64,000 nt of DNA from Eledone cirrhosa (lineage: Eukaryota). Made by a program: the position numbers and the translations under genes. Below, piece by piece: positions 1-10,424 of this stretch. Each line of letters begins with the position of its first letter. Positions within the stretch are counted from its first letter, which is position 1. Below the pieces are notes generated by a model. The model did not search any database and was not told the DNA's origin. It saw only the letters and a list, made by a program, of their open reading frames with translations. The stretch spans positions 201,686,001 to 201,750,000 of the forward strand of contig OZ024741.1 of assembly GCA_964016885.1 (NCBI GenBank), in the 5' to 3' direction.

Positions 1-480
1 TATGGGAGTATGGCAAGTGTGGTGATTTGATAGAGTGATGGATAGTATATTGGGTGAGGAGATGTAGTGGTGGGGCTGTGGATGGTGTGGTCAATAGTGT
101 GCAGGAGGGGGTAGTGTAGTGATGGAGAGATAAATAAGGGGTGGAAATGGAGGGAGTGCACAGTGGGTTGAGTAAGTAGCTTCTAGGGTGCAATAGTGAG
201 GGTATTTAAGGGCTTTAAAGGGGGAGTGGTATTAGGGTGGGGGTGCAGTGGTGGTGAGGATATCTGGGAGTGTTAGTGGAAGGTAGGGGACACAGGGATG
301 GGTCATGCCACATTGTATGCTTATTGTTTGGTCTTCATCAGCACAGCATAGCGCCATCCCTCGTGGTCCTTTGTCATCTCTGTTGTGGGTCTTAGTTTCT
401 TAAGTTCGATCTAGTTTTCCTGTGTCTGCCTCTTCCAAAAATCCTATCCACTGGGATTTCTTTATGTTGCTCTCTTCTCT
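1..480 (-). mobile_element. decayed RTE LINE 3' end
   Basis: 340-470 resembles the reverse complement of the RTE C-terminal region seen elsewhere in the window, next to a G-rich tract like the C-rich 3' UTR at 7660-7780. Confidence 0.45.
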
Positions 481-1516
481 CTTGCACACACACACACACA
501 CACCCATGCACACATTATATATATATGTTGTTGTGAGCATCATATCATTTTATGTCTACTTGCAGTAAGTTTGCAAAACAACAATCATCTACAGAAATTA
601 ACTCTGAATGCTTGCAACTGTCATCTTCTATGATGCCTCTCCCAAAAGCTTGTGATCTAGTTAGGGTTTTACAATTGGATGCCCTTCCTCTTACCAACCT
701 GTGTAGTAGCATAGATCAGATGTGTTTACTATGACATTGGTATGAAAGAAGTATTCTATAAGGTTCTGGGCCTTTCTTTACTTCATGTCTCCTTCTCTCT
801 CTTTCTATGTCTCCCTTTCAATCTACTCTCTCACAACCACTATCTCTTTCTCTTTATCTCTCTCACTATTTATCTCTCTCTCTATTTATGAAGGTACCCA
901 GAAAAACCCTGTACCTCGGGAACCCATGCTCCGATTTATGTGAAACTTGTTTTATTCCATTTGTATTCCCATTTCAGGGGCAAATTCCTTTCAAAATATT
1001 TTCCCATCATGTGCCGTTTTGACTGTATTAAATTACAGACAAGCACACAATCACAGTTTTAGTAATATATAGATAGAAGGTGAATTCTTTACTACATACC
1101 AAAGAAACTGGACACTGCCTTCAACTGTTTTGTAAATACTTGCTGTGGATTAATCAAAATTTCTCTTTTCAAAGGTGATTTTGTTTGGCAAATAGACTCT
1201 TGCAAAGGCTCAGCTCCATCAAATAAAATCTGTTTGTTTGTATTATCATTGTCATTTTGTGCTTTCAAATATAAAAGCAAATATAAGATATTGATATATT
1301 TAATTCAATTTACTCTCTTTTGTGTTATTTTGTCTATTAATGAACAGTTTCTTAAACATTTAAAGTACATTCTGCTATAGTATATTTTTTAATTATCTAA
1401 TTAGAGGTTAGTAGAATATTTTGGCCGTGATAGGTTATTTTTGATTTCTTTCATGAAGAAAATAATAATTCTATGAATGACTCAGCCATTTTATTCATGG
1501 CTTTGTTTTGTTTATT

Positions 1517-1586
1517 AAGTAGGGTTTTGAAACAAAATGTAAGTAAATATCAAGTAGGGTTTTGAAACAAAATGTAAGTAAATATC
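1517..1586. repeat. perfect 35-bp tandem duplication
   Basis: aagtagggttttgaaacaaaatgtaagtaaatatc x2. Confidence 0.95.
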
Positions 1587-1619
1587 AATAAGTGCAGTAG
1601 TAGTAGGAGAGCTATGAAT

Positions 1620-1780
1620 AATTCTCTCTAACATAGGTACAAAACCAGCAATTTGGGGGAAGGTTGCTTATATCAATCCCAGTATTTAATTGGTACTTTA
1701 TTTTATCAACCCTGAAAGTTGACCTCGGTGTGATTTGAACTCAGAGTACAGAAATTTGTAACTAAATACTGCCATTCCAC
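1620..1780 (-). mobile_element. tRNA-derived SINE (Meta-domain-like)
   Basis: reverse complement has B-box gagttcaaatc, then gaggtcaacttt...gttgataaaataaagtacc, same family as 6965 and 16680-17305. Confidence 0.75.
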
Positions 1781-1915
1781 CATATATAATAGAATCTGTA
1801 TCATATTGCATTTGTAATACAAAACAACTTTACTTATTGATAACTTATGTAATCAGTATTCTGTGTTATTCTTACTTTTGGCTGTTTCTTATTGTATCTA
1901 TTTTACTGTTTGAAG

Positions 1916-2047
1916 GATGGCACCAGAAGTGGCTGCAGTTGAAAGGAAAGGGGGGTATAATCAACAGTGTGATATATGGGCCGTTGGTATCACAGCCATA
2001 GAATTAGCTGAACTTCAACCACCTATGTTTGATCTACACCCTATGAG
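1916..2047 (+). CDS. MAP4K3: MAP4K3/MAP4K5-like (GCK-I Ste20) kinase exon, subdomains VIII-IX
   Basis: tttgaag|G...ATGAG|gtgag; 132 nt, phase 2-2; encodes (W)[43 protein letters not shown](R), near-identical to the MAP4K3/5 activation-loop region. Confidence 0.96.
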
Positions 2048-2597
2048 GTGAGTTGTATAAACATTTACCAAATATTTTAATTTAAAGTCATATATGTTTG
2101 TTTGACAGTTGTCCATTCTTCTATTTCACTTTGATTCATTTTGATTTACATATTTAGAGATTAAAAAAAAATACATGTACTTCATGAGAGTGAAAAATGA
2201 CCAATTGGGTGTATACAATTCTCATACAAATTTAGTGAATTTTTCAGCTGGAAACATACCTTTGAGTCCAAGCAACAAGTCGAGAATGACTATAGTATTC
2301 CAAGATATTTCTCGTTAGGCTATTTAGGTTGAGCCACCACTGATTTGTATAAATGTGTGTATAACTGTGTAAATGGCTATGTCACACTACAGCTCTTTAT
2401 TTGTGTGTGCATATAACTAAATTGCTATGTCAAGCTGAAGCTTTTCATTTGTGAAGGTAATTCAGCCATTCAATAGTGATATAGTTGTACTTCTGCATGA
2501 CACCACAATCAACTGTTTGAAACTAACAAAAAAGTGTATATATGTGTGTGTGTGTGTATTTTTCTGCTTTTTTTCTTTTTTATATTCAATCTCCGCC

Positions 2598-2646
2598 AGC
2601 TCTGATGATGAGTTCTCCAGGTGTTAAAACATTGGAACAGTCAGCT
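2598..2646 (+). ncRNA. decayed minimal type I hammerhead ribozyme (Penelope-type)
   Basis: AGCT-CTGATGA-stem II-GGAA(for GAAA)-C-A-GTC-AGCT; stem I arms AGCT/AGCT. Confidence 0.4.
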
Positions 2647-2857
2647 TATGAAATTAATGTTCAAATGGCTGAGCATTCCACAGACATGTATATCCTTAAT
2701 GTAGTTCTCAGGGAGATTCAGTGTGTGACAAGTCTGGCCCTTTAAATTACTTGTACAACTCATTTTTGTTTGTAATTCACAGATCTTTATTTTGAGTGAG
2801 AGCAATCTATAAGATTGAATATGTTTTGTATCTTAAAAAAAAAAAATTAAAATGATG

Positions 2858-4095
2858 ATCATCATCATCTCCTTCTCCTCCTCCTCCCACTTATTCCTGA
2901 GAGGGTTGTTGGAGGCAGAGTCCTCAAACACTCCTTCCAGCAGGTCCTGTCAGAAGCAACTGTCTCCAACTGATCCAGCTGGATTCCTAAACACGACCAG
3001 CCAAGCTCATGGATGTTATCCAACCATCTTGTTCGGAGTCTACCACTGGGTCTCCTGCCAGTTGGTTTTGCCCGTAAAATCTGTCCAGTGGTTCTTTCCT
3101 GAGACATTCTAACCACATGTCCATAGTATTGGAGCTGTGATCTCTCAATTCGGAAAAGTAGCTGCTCTACCTGGAGTGACTCTCTAAGATCTCTGAGCTA
3201 CACACTCTATCAAGTAGCGTTACTCCAAAGACTCTTTGGAGGAACCCCATTTCGACCCCATGTATTTGTGTGGTTTTGACCCCGGACGCAGCACAGCCGA
3301 TCTAATATCCACACTGCAGCAGGTCTTCAAGAAATCGTGGGAGTATTGCCAAGTGGTATATTCTTGTTTTCTTGACCTTGAAAAGACATATAACCGTGTT
3401 CCTCAGCCTCAGGAGCTGCTGTCGAAGATTCTGCAGGAGTCTAGGATTGATGATCAGCTCCACGCTGCCCTGATGTCTCTACATGAATGCCCGAGTATTA
3501 GTGTTTGGATAAATGGTGCTAAATCGAAACCATTCAATGTGCGAGTCGGACAGATTCTGCTAAGGGTGCATACTGTTACCTCTCATGTTCATTATTTACA
3601 TGATTGACATGTGCAGCTTGGCTGGAAGTGGTATCATGACTGGCGGGTGTAAAATCAGTCAGAAGGAATTTGCAGACGACATGGTCTTACTTAACTTGAC
3701 AGAAGGTGATCTCCAACATGCACTTGATAGGTTTGATACTGAGTGCTGCATGGCTGGAATGAAACTCACTGCTGTGAAACTGAGACACTCGTCCTCTCAA
3801 GGAAGCCTGTGCAGTGCACTCTACATGTAAATGGAGTTCCACTGAAGCAGGTAGAGAAGTTCAAGTATCTCGGGGCCGTGTTTGCGAGTGATGGAAGGCA
3901 GGAGGTTGAATTAAGTGCGAGAATTGTAGGAGCTGGTGCAGTAATGCGTCAGCATTCAGTAATCAGAAGAAGGGAGGTAGGTGTAAAAGACAAACTCGCT
4001 ATCTTCAATTCAGTATTCATGCCAAACCTTACATATGGTCATGAATCTTGGGTAATGACCAAAAGAATACGATCGCGAATACATGCAATTGAAAT
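2858..4095. mobile_element. RTE LINE (family A) with 5' inversion: 3' part on - strand (2858-3254), RT part on + strand (3265-4095)
   Basis: + part: LDLEKTYNRV, FADD, FKYLG, ends RIHAIEI; - part starts EMGFL and runs to RWLDNIHELGW and the tail; possible TSD aattaa(a/c)tgat. Confidence 0.88.
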
Positions 4096-4151
4096 ATAAT
4101 TAACTGATTTAAAATATAACTATGAATTTACTTGTATCTATTTCCTTTCAG

Positions 4152-4214
4152 AGCTTTATTTCTGATGTCAAAGAGTGGTTTTAAACCACCGCAACTGAAA
4201 GATAAAAACAAATG
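4152..4214 (+). CDS. MAP4K3: MAP4K3/5-like kinase exon
   Basis: tttcctttcag|A...AAATG|gtaaga; 63 nt; (R)ALFLMSKSGFKPPQLKDKNK(W), in frame with the previous exon. Confidence 0.95.
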
Positions 4215-4742
4215 GTAAGACGTTATCTATAATAGAATGATTATTACTTTAATTGTAATTATTTTTTTTATCAAACTTTGTTCTTTTCTATCAAATAGTT
4301 GATGTTTCCTCTCTGAAATTCAAAAATGAGTAATGTTCAATTATTCTCATTTTGTAATGACAATCTTGAAATTGCATGTGGAAAAGACTTGTGAAAACAA
4401 AGTAGGTTTTGTGTGTAAATACTTGAAAGCGAGGCATTAAGTCAGTGGTAAAGGGAATTTGTATTTCATGACAGTAATCAATAATTTTGAACAGCATTGT
4501 TGGATGAAGGGAGTATATAATGTGATTTCTGGAAGCTAGTCAGTAATCAGTCATGGCTGACTAAGAAGTTTATGTACAGATATGTAGTTGACGGAAACCT
4601 CTCCCTCAATATAACTGGACTGTTGCTTGTAGTTTTTCCAACATTTGAAATTCAACTCAGCAGTGAAAGTCAACGAAACTACCATTCTGTATAAACATTT
4701 TTATATCCCAAATGTAATTCTTAATATTGTTTTGTATTTCAG

Positions 4743-4824
4743 GTCACCTCTTCTACATAATTTTATAAAAGTTGCATTAACAAAGAATCCCAAAAAACGA
4801 CCTACCGCTGACCGACTATTAGAG
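4743..4824 (+). CDS. MAP4K3: MAP4K3/5-like kinase exon, subdomain XI
   Basis: tgtatttcag|G...TTAGAG|gtaagt; 82 nt; (W)SPLLHNFIKVALTKNPKKRPTADRLLE. Confidence 0.95.
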
Positions 4825-4904
4825 GTAAGTTCTCTTGATGCTAACTATTTTAACATGTACAAAATCATCTCTTTTCAATAATACATTTATTTACATCAGT
4901 AATA

Positions 4905-5830
4905 ACAGGTGGCAGTGCAAAATATCACTAGGCAGGACATCTGGATGTGTAGTCCACAAAGGATCAAGTTCTTGATTTATGAGGTCTATGATCCTGCCTA
5001 GCCCATCCAACCTGTTTCTATGGAGCAAAGTGCTGACACCAACATACCTCCTGTATTCCAAAGCAGGAACCCTTGAGCATATCCTGAGCAGCTGCTCCAA
5101 AGCACTAGACAAGGGATACTATTGATGGAAATATGATCAGGTCCTCAAAGCCGTTGTTGAAGCAATCAGCAAGGGGATCAGAGATAGCATGCACACATAT
5201 GATACAGCTAAGAAGATCATGTTTTCCAGGGGGGATGAATGATTGAAAAGATGACTCAAGAACTTCTTGGCTGGTTTGCTTGCCACAGCACATGACTGGG
5301 TAAAGACAGTTGGCCTGGAAAGGCAGCAGAAAATTCCAACACATATCACTTAGTTTGTGTTGAAACTGAACATGTTCTTTGTTTCTGAGGTGAGAAGACA
5401 GAACGTTCTAGTAGAGTTAGCTGTTGCCCTGGTGATAGAATGGAGATGGCACAGTGGAGGATGCACAAGGGAAGAAGAGAGAAAAGTAGCAGAAATGGGT
5501 GGAGAACCAGGTGCATACCAGTGGAGGTTGGTAACTGAGGATTCACACAGGCAGTTCTCTAACAAAGCCTGCAAAACTTGACACATTATGAAGGCAAGTA
5601 GAGGGAGAGCCACCAGGAACAAGATAGAAGCAGCAGAAAGGGGTTCTAGGTAATTTATAAATGAAGAGAAGTGACTAGTGGGATCAGTTGTATGTATGAC
5701 ACATAGACACAGACTTGAAACTTGATTGACCTCAGTTGGACCACTTGGATGAAGGTCTATTTTGGAAGATTTAAAACATCAAGTGTCTTCAGGATACAAC
5801 ACTGATGACGTGTCCAAGGTTTTGCATCTG
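4905..5830 (+). mobile_element. HERO-like (R2 superfamily, RLE) non-LTR retrotransposon 3' fragment
   Basis: frameshifted LPSPSNLFLWSK...GTLEHILSSCSKAL...DQVLKAVVEAISKG (CCHC finger region), RLE-like LVELAV and VEVG-type motifs, 3' UTR ending actgatgacgtgtcc. Confidence 0.75.
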
Positions 5831-5934
5831 TGGATGTGTGTGGAACCTAAAGTTGATATGATAATTATATTTCGGAATGATCTGCTGAAAAATGTAGATT
5901 ATTTCCTAATATTTTTTTATATGCCATATTTAGT

Positions 5935-5936
<2 letters not shown>

Positions 5937-5996
<60 letters not shown>
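5937..5996. repeat. (TC)n microsatellite about 40 bp upstream of an exon acceptor
   Basis: direct reading. Confidence 0.97.
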
Positions 5997-6001
<5 letters not shown>

Positions 6002-6039
6002 TTTATATTGATGTGCCTTCTTTTGCTTTCTATTATTAG

Positions 6040-6235
6040 CACCCCTTTTTACACCAAAGTTATTTATCCAGAAAAAGTACGAAAGAACTTTTAGAAAAAG
6101 CTCGTAATCCACAGCATCATTTTAGTGATCTTACTGAAGTAGATGATGAAGGATTTCTACAGAATGTGCCTCAGAGAATATCCTCAGAAAATACTAGCCG
6201 TGCTCCTAAAAACAGAAATAGTCTAGAAATTACAA
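6040..6235 (+). CDS. MAP4K3: MAP4K3/5-like exon, end of kinase domain and start of linker
   Basis: tattattag|CAC...ACAA|gtaagt; 196 nt, phase 0-1; HPFLHQSYLSRKSTKELLEKARNPQHHFSDLTEVDDEGFLQNVPQRISSENTSRAPKNRNSLEIT (HPF and VPxRI motifs of MAP4K3/5). Confidence 0.93.
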
Positions 6236-6289
6236 GTAAGTGTTTCAATAATTTTGTATTAAACATTACTCATTAATTATTATATTACT

Positions 6290-6667
6290 TGCCAAACTAA
6301 GGGTCGGAGAACTCGTCAGTTGTGCCAGAGACATGAAACGCACCCAGTACACCCTGTAATGAGGTTGATGATAGGAAGGGCATCCAGCCAAAGAAATGGT
6401 TGGTAAGACTATTTAGCTGTGTCAAAAACATTATAACTTCCCTAGTGTTGGTACCATGATAAAATACACTTGGTAGAGTGTGTGATTATGTGCCAGGACC
6501 CTGGCCTGTCAGAGAATAATCAATAGAGTATAGAAATGTATGTAAGTGGAATGTCTACCCCTGGCCCACTTGGAGGTTAGTGTCTTTGCTTGAGTATTAA
6601 CTGATCTGTGATGATATATCCAATCTTTGCTAACAAGGAAAATGGGCATTAAATGATGATGATGATC
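6290..6667 (+). mobile_element. RTE-tail short element
   Basis: aggaagggcatccagcc motif, then gaaaatgggcattaaa(tga)n tail shared with RTE family B. Confidence 0.65.
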
Positions 6668-6841
6668 ACTTATAAAATGACTATCAACTGAATTACACAA
6701 TAAACTATTGTATTACGAAAAGGAGGAAATGAATGTTAGACAATAACTTTCTATTTTTATTGCTGGCAAAAAATTGCCAAATCTGTACAGGCAAATGCTT
6801 TGTATATATCAAGACTTATTTCACTTAGTTGATCTTTTTAA

Positions 6842-8207
6842 CTTTCATTACTATATTTCTAATAAAAAACACTGCCTATGATTTTTAAATAATTTTGAAA
6901 ATAATCAAGAATTTGGAGAAATTTAGTAATATAACTAAACTTCTCGTTAGTATAAATTGGTGTTTAGTGTGTGGTGGATTGGCAGAATTGGTAGAGTGTC
7001 AGAATGCGATATTTGTTCTGGCTCTTTACATTCTGTGTTCAGACCCCGCCAAGGTCAACTATGCTTTTCATCTTTCCAGAGTTGATAAAATACTGGGATT
7101 GATTTAATCAATGTTGCCCATCCTCCAAATTTGCTCTATATTAGAAATCATTATTAAAATGGTGTTTGGAATATAATTTAACACAGGTTCTTACATAACA
7201 TTATAATTGAACGTTTTTAGATAAATAAAAAAAGCTAACAACAAAATGCTTTTCTCTCAAGTGAAGAGTAGACTGTATAATGCCTGTGTACGAACTGGAA
7301 TGCTACATGGCTGTGGAACATGGACCTTGACTGCAGAAGAGCTGCGGAGGCTAGAAAGAAATGAGTCTAGTATGCTCCAATGGATGTAAAATCTTAGTGG
7401 GCATGAGCGACATAGCATAAGCAAATTGAATGAAAAACATAGCATAAGAGGAATTGGATGAAGTGTGCAAAATAGAAGACTGAGTTGGTATGGACATGTG
7501 ATGCGCATGGAAGATAATTGGCTTTTCTCTGCATAAAGAAATGCAAAGAATCCATGGTGGCTAGGCAGACCAAAGAAGACATGGGATGAGGTTGTGAAAA
7601 CCGACCTTAAAACAGAAATGAGTAAAGGTGCTATGTGGTGCTGAAGAAGACCCAACCTGTAACATAGAATGTGGCCTGACCTACTCCTGTGTCTCCACCA
7701 TCTTCCACTAACACTCACTAACAGCTATTCTCGAAATCATTTCACTCATCCTCACACACATTCCTAGCCACTACCCCCCTGTGAAGTGGTTGATGATAGG
7801 AAGAGCATCCAGCTGTGGGTGGCTTGCCAAACAAAGGGTTGGGAGGACCCTTCAGTCATGTCAAGGACATGACAACCTCCCTAGTGTTAGTGATTTACTC
7901 GATAAACATACTCAGTACATGCTATAAAATGGTGGGTGATAAGAAGGACATCCAGCCGTAGAAGACCCTCAGTTGTGTCAAAGACATCTCTTGTGCACTC
8001 AGTATAATGTAAGCGAGACAGATCCCTGGTATGTCTGGGAGATCAATAGCCCTGCTTCAATACTGACATGGTTTATGTAGAACCCTACAGCCCTTGCTAG
8101 TAGGGAAAGCGGACTTTAAAACGACAATGATGATAAGGATAAACACTTTAAAACAGTTTTGTATTGTAGAACCAGAGACGGTTTCAAGCAGTTTGGTATC
8201 AAAAGGG
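6842..8207. mobile_element. TTAA-type (piggyBac-like) MITE interrupted by a SINE (about 6965-7155) and an RTE 3' fragment (about 7255-8135)
   Basis: right end ggtatcaaaaggg|ttaa; body matches copies at 12950-13155, 24430, 25720, 36004; SINE flanked by near-TSD taaa(t/a)tggtgttt; RTE fragment has LxWYGHVMRM. Confidence 0.65.
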
Positions 8208-8735
8208 TTAAGCCCTATGTAAGCTCTTATCAAGCAGGCCTTTGATCTAATGTTCCAGCCATGACCACTCTATCATTTTTTCAGCCATAGTGAAACTAAG
8301 ACTATGTTTTTTAAAGATGGTATGGTATTATTTGAGGTCGACTTGGCTTGTGTATGTATCTAGCAGGTTCAGAAGCCATGTAGAGGCTTCCTCCTTGCCT
8401 TAATTCTTTAGAATTCTCTATGCCATCTAACTGCTATTCTTCATCAATTATTAATATATGCTGTTCAAATTCTCTGCATCCCTTCATTATAGATGTTATA
8501 TATGTGATGAATAGCAAGCTGTTCCAGTCAAGCTCAACGTTGCCTGATCAATTTTGTAAAAAGTAACACAAATTTTCAAAAAAGCGTTAGATTGTTAGAA
8601 AGTGTTAGAGTGTTAGAAAGGAGCACAAAATGAAAATATTGCTAGTAAATTAAATATATAATTATCATAGCATATCAAAGTCTATATATATTATATCACA
8701 TATGTTACACAAATTGTGTTTTTCTTTATTTTCAG

Positions 8736-8770
8736 TTGGTCCATTATTAAGAGATTCTCAAACAGAAAGA
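8736..8770 (+). CDS. MAP4K3: MAP4K3/5-like linker exon (35 nt)
   Basis: ttctttattttcag|TT...GAAAGA|gtaagt; phase 1-0; (I)GPLLRDSQTER; strong splice sites and matching phase. Confidence 0.85.
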
Positions 8771-9229
8771 GTAAGTAAATAGTTTCTTTTATTTTTGTTT
8801 AAAAACATGTCAATATTTCCAGTTACAACATGCAACGGAGATACTAATTTAAGTTTCACTCAGGGGACTATCTTCATTAGAGATTTTAGAACACTTTGTA
8901 AATTTGAAATGAGACATTTAAAAAGAAGAATTAAATACCAAATTCTTTCATTATCTTTGTTGCATTTGTATACAGCTTTATTATTTATTTGATAGAGCTA
9001 GACAAGGTCACTTGTCCTGTGAAATTTCACAATATGATAGCCATGCAGGCTTTGAAAATAGACATTAAATGGTGATGATATAACACATGCATATTTTCAA
9101 TAAAAGAAAATATAGGTCAATAAAGTCAAAAGTTATTTGTTTAAGTGTAGAATAATAGTTAGGCCCTCCAAAATTGATCAAGTCAGTATTCATCTTGTAC
9201 ATCTTCTATAGGTTGATGATGTAATGTGA

Positions 9230-9722
9230 AGAGAAAAGACAGGTGGTTGTAGTTGGTATGTCAGCTCATTCAGAAAAAGATTGGCCATTGTAACAGTGAG
9301 AAGTGCAGTGTTGCATGGCAGTGAGGCGTGAGCAGTAAATACAGGATATACAGAGACTGAAGAGAAATGAAGTGAGAATGCTCTGTTGGATGTGTAATGT
9401 TAGTATGCATGAACGATAGTGCATGGATGAACTGAAAGAAAAGATGAGTATAAGCGGAATCAGATTTAATGTGCAAGAGAGAAGTTGCACTGGTTTGAAC
9501 ATGCGTTGCATATGAATGAAGAAAGAGAAGTGCCTGGTAACGCCAGTGAAAGGAAGCTGCAGTAAAAGAAAACCAAAAAGACCTGGGTAGAGATGGTTAG
9601 AGCTGATCTCAAAATACTGGACTTCACAGAGGAGATGATGAAAAAATGCTGTGTTGGAAAAGACCTATCCAACTTTTACAAGCATGGAAAAGCTGGCATA
9701 AAATGATGGTGAGGATGATGAT
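9230..9722 (+). mobile_element. RTE LINE family B 3' fragment
   Basis: LHGSE, RLKRNEVRMLCWMCNV and KTW...LK motifs, tail caagcatggaaaagc...aaatgatg. Confidence 0.75.
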
Positions 9723-10039
9723 AATATACACAGAAAGCAGAAACCATGCACCTGTTAGCCAGATGTTGTAGTAGGTTGATGAAAGAGTCTCTATGCAATC
9801 TGGAATGAATGTTTGTGTAGCAACAGCATCATTCTAAATGAGCGTTGTTGGAGGTGAACAAGTTTTCTGTTTCTGAACGGGAAGACCAACCATTAGCATG
9901 TAGATTTATCTATATTATGTCCATACTATTATCAAGAAAGTTCATAAAGATTGCGAGTGGTTTAATTGTGTATTATACAATGCGAGAGAGGCAAATTATA
10001 TACCACTCTCCTCATTATCCCCCACCCCTTATTTTAGTT

Positions 10040-10268
10040 ATCTAAATGACCAATGGGTGAAGAAATGCCAGGAAATCTCAGTGGAAGGAAGCTGCAATAG
10101 AGTATGATGAAGCAAGACCTGGGCAGAGGTTGTGAGAGCGGACCTCACATCGCTACGACTGGCAGAGGAGAAGACGTAGGAATGTGACAAGTGGAGATAT
10201 GCTGTGCTGAGAAGGACCCATCCAACCCATGCAAGCATGGAAAAGTGGATGTCAAAACAATGATGATG
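10040..10268 (+). mobile_element. RTE LINE family B 3' end
   Basis: KTWAEVVRADL...DKWRYAVLRRT, then cccatgcaagcatggaaaagtggatg...(tga)n. Confidence 0.8.
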
Positions 10269-10371
10269 AAATGAGTTATTTTCTTTTTCTGCAAACTATA
10301 TGTAAATGTGGATATTAAAATAACAGAACTTAATTAATTTTAAATTTATATTTTATTATATATTTTACCAG

Positions 10372-10424
10372 GAAGATCAATACGACACTGCAAGACCATG
10401 GCCTGAATATGGTGATGTCAAAAA
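10372..10424 (+). CDS. MAP4K3: MAP4K3/5-like linker exon (53 nt)
   Basis: ttttaccag|GAA...AAAAA|gtaagt; phase 0-2; EDQYDTARPWPEYGDVK(K), YxTAR...EYG resembles the MAP4K3 linker. Confidence 0.87.

Noticed and set aside
1-310. G-rich tract as a regulatory G-quadruplex or promoter
   Set aside because: Better explained as the antisense 3' UTR of a decayed LINE inside an intron
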